Part shown: positions 60,700 to 64,000 of the stretch, one piece after another
How the letters are laid out: each line of letters opens with the position of its first letter
How positions within the stretch are numbered: the first letter of the stretch is position 1
Origin: Mobula hypostoma
Lineage: Eukaryota
Length of the DNA: 64,000 nucleotides
Direction: 5' to 3'
Assembly (NCBI RefSeq): GCF_963921235.1
Contig: NC_086118.1
Coordinates: forward strand, 16,494,001 to 16,558,000
Notes under the pieces: generated by a model
Told to the model about the DNA's origin: nothing
The model's input: only the letters and a program-made list of their open reading frames with translations
Database searches by the model: none
Program-made: the position numbers and the translations under genes

Positions 60700-63488
60700 A
60701 ATCTTCTTCCAATCACAGATCCGCATCAGGATTCACTTCACATTTTTGCCGATCCAAAGAGATTTTCCACTTTTAGAGATCCAAATGCAAGGTTGAGAGA
60801 AATGAGAGATTGCTGCATTGTATGTTTGATCGAGACTTGGCTTTCTCCAAGCACACTAGATACAATGATCAGCCCCAAAGGTTTCTTGATTTACAGAATG
60901 GACTGAACTGCTGATCTCGAAAAGGCAAAAGGAGTATGTATGTGTTTCAGGATAAATTTTCGGTGGTGCTCTGATGTGGAGGTTTTGTCGAATTTGTGTA
61001 CCCTTGACTTGGAATACCTGTCAAATGTCTTCCATTCTATTTACCTAGGGGGTTTGCATCTGACCACAGTTTATACACCACCAGCAGTCAACTATAATAA
61101 AGAGCTTACAATACTGCATGATGCCGTCTTCAAACAAGAAACCGTCCACCCCGACACATTTCAAATCATAGTCGGAGACTTCAGCCAGGTTTGTTTGAAG
61201 AAAATATTGCCCAATTACCATCAGCATATAACCTGTAGCACCAGAGGTCCCAACATACTGGACCACTGTTATACTAAGATAAAGAATGCCTACCGTTCCA
61301 TGTCCAGATTGCATTTTGGCAATTACGATTACTTGCCTGTCCTTCTCCTATCTGCACACAGGCAGAGGCTAAAGAGCAAAGTTTCAGAGATTAGGACAAC
61401 GAAGAGGTGGTCGCAGGAGGCAGACAAGCGGCTATGAGATTGCTTCGAGTCAGTGGACTGGGCCATGTTCAAGGACCTATCTGAGGATCCGAATGAATGC
61501 ACAATTGTTGTAATAGACTTTAATAAAACAGCTGTAGACAAGTGTATCCTGACTAAATCATTCAGCCTTCTCCAATTGGAAGCCCTGGATGAAACATGAG
61601 ACCCAAAATCTGTTGTGAGCCAGATCAGAGGCATTCCAGTGTGGTGACCAACAGAGTTACAAGAGGTCCAGGTATGATCTCCAAAAAGCTATCTCACGGG
61701 TGAAGTGGCAATTCCGGACTAAACAAATCAATGAAGGATGCTCGACATTTGTGGCAGGGCTTGAATATGATCACCTTGGGTAAGTTAAATTAAGCAACAT
61801 AGAAGACAGCAGGGCTTTGCTTCCACATGAGCTTAATGCCTTCTATGCTTGCTTTGACCATTAAAACATGGAGAAACCATCACAAACTCCCACAATCCCT
61901 GATGATATTATTTCAGTCTCTGATGCTGACATGTGAGGAGCCTTTAGGATGATGAACCCATGAAAAGCATCCAGCTGCTGTGTTCACTGAGATCTTTAAC
62001 CTCTCACTTCAGCAGTGCGTGCTACCTACCTGCTTCAAGCAGGTTTCAAATATACCAGTGCCCAAAAAGAGCATGGTGACCTGCCTCAATGACTATTGCC
62101 TGGTAGTACTTACATCCACAGAGATGAAGTGTTTTGAGAGGTTGGTGATAAAACACATCAACTCCTGCCTGAAAACCAACTTAGATCCACTCCAATTTGC
62201 CTACTGGAGTAACAGGCCCACAGCAGAAGCCACGTCATTGGCTCTTCACTCAACCCTAGAATATGTGGACAGCAAAGATGCATATATTAGGATGTTCTTT
62301 ATTAACTACAGCTCAGCATTCAATACCATCACCTCCTCAAAACTAATCAATAAGCTTAAATACCTCGGTCTCAATACCTCCTTATGAAATTGGATCCTCG
62401 ATTTCCTCATGTGCAGACCCCAGTCATTTCGGATTGGCAACAACGTCTCCTTCATGATCTCCATCAGCACAGGTAGGTGTGCTTTGTCCCCTGCTCTATT
62501 CACTTTACACTTAAAACAGCGTGACCAAGCACAGCTCCACAGCCATATTCAAGTTTGCTCAGGACACCACTATTGCAGGCCAAATCAAAGGTGGTGATGA
62601 ATCAGCAAACAGGAGAAAGACTTTAAATCTGGCTGAGTGGTGTCATAACAACAATCTCTTACTCAATGTCAATAAGACCAAGGAGCTGATTATTGACTTC
62701 AGGAGAAGGAAACCAGAGTTTGCATTGGAGGATCAGAAGTGGAAAGTGTTATTATTTGGGAGGATATGTCCTGGACCTAGCACAGAAGTGCAATTACAAA
62801 GAAAGTATGACAGTGCCTCTACTTCCTTTGGAGTTTGCAGAGATTCATCATGACATCTAAAGCTTTGACAAACTTCCATAGAAATGTAGTGGAGAGTAAA
62901 TTTAATGGCTGCCACAGCCTGGTATGGAAACACCAATGCCCTTGAATGGAAAATCCTACAAAGATGTAGTTGATACAGCCCCGTTCATCATGGGTAAAGC
63001 CCTCCCCGCCATTGAGCACATTTATATGAAACGTTGTTGCAGGAAACTAGTATCCATCCTCAGGGTCCTCCAGCACCCAGGACGTGCTCTCCTCTTGATG
63101 CTGCCATCAGGAAGAAGGTACAAAAGCCTCAGGATTCATACCACCTGGTTCAGGAATAGTTACTACCTCTCAACCATCAGGCTCTTGAACCAAAGGGGAT
63201 AACTACATTCAATTTCACTTGCCAATGGATTCACTTTTAAGGACTCTTCATCTCATGATATTTATTTATTTATTTATTTATTTATTATTATATCTTTTTG
63301 TATTTGCAGTGTGTGTATTCTGCAGTCTGGTTGAACGCCCCAGTTAGGTGCTCTTTCATTCATTCTGTTATGGTCACTATTCTATAGATTTATTGAGTAT
63401 GCCCACAAGAAAATTAATCTCAGGGTTGTATATGGTGACATATTTGTACTTGGATAATAAAAAATACATTGTACCTTAAACTTTGAAT
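60700..63488 (+). mobile_element. Degraded Rex1/Babar-like LINE
   Basis: APE (VGDFSQ, LDHCY), RT pieces (DPLQFAY, YSSAFNTI, KFAQD), C-terminal LPSGRRY; AATAAA-containing tail near 63455. Confidence 0.85.
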
Positions 63489-64000
63489 AGTGGTCTCAAA
63501 GAAATTCTCAAATTTCTAACTGCAATACAGTTAAGAAGGTTGCCCAGCTTCAAAAGGGAGTCTGCAGTGACAGAGCATTAGGTCAGTTCTCTCGCTAACT
63601 CACGGATATTATTGAACAAACTGAACCAGGTTTTGAAGCTCTTTACAATTATTCCAATATGAGAAAGTACCCTAAATAAAAAAAATCTTTAAATTATTTT
63701 GAGCCTGGTGTTGCATGCTAATGCTTCTGGCTTTGTTTAGAATGGTTGGCCTTCGATAATTAGCTAGGTCCTAAACTTCCATTTACAGGCTGTCAAACAT
63801 GGAAAGCCTGTGGTTACTGGGAGACAGAGGAAGGTTGAATCTATAGCACTCAGCAGAAGATTCCATGCTTGCTGGCATTCCCCAGCACTGAACTGAGCAA
63901 ATTGTCTCTCATATCCTGTGCTGACTATAGGGCTTGTATTGGGAGGCTAGGATCAAACTGGCAGATTTAATTTTTAAAAAATATTTATAGTTACTTAGTT

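Noticed and set aside
1..64000. CRISPR arrays, operons or other prokaryotic systems
   Set aside because: Spliceosomal gene and vertebrate repeats throughout; no regularly spaced repeat-spacer array seen.

Overview
Eukaryotic (vertebrate) genomic DNA. The repeat set (HE1-like V-SINE, CR1, Rex1/Babar-like LINEs, Penelope-like elements) points to a cartilaginous fish, probably a ray or skate (inference). The window holds most of a myocardin gene (MYOCD) on the minus strand. I reconstructed 11 coding exons between 46866 and the TAA stop at 8508-8510, all with GT-AG boundaries and one continuous frame (2850 nt, 949 aa plus stop). They encode RPEL2, RPEL3, the B1 basic box, the Q-rich region, SAP, the leucine zipper and the C-terminal activation domain. 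Exons 1-3 were not found and probably lie beyond 64000. A long candidate 3' UTR runs to a poly(A) signal near 3313. The introns are dense with degraded transposons: Tc1, a non-autonomous hAT element, Gypsy, CR1, Rex1-like, L2-like and Penelope-like elements. Most notable: (i) the Penelope-like terminal repeats carry minimal hammerhead-ribozyme motifs, form long hairpins (one inside the putative 3' UTR) and are repeatedly 5'-truncated at the ribozyme; (ii) this myocardin keeps an MRTF-like, largely intact RPEL2; (iii) a Gln-rich cassette exon has a donor site that abuts a retroelement tail. Exon numbering is by analogy to mammalian MYOCD from memory, and no alignments or searches were run.
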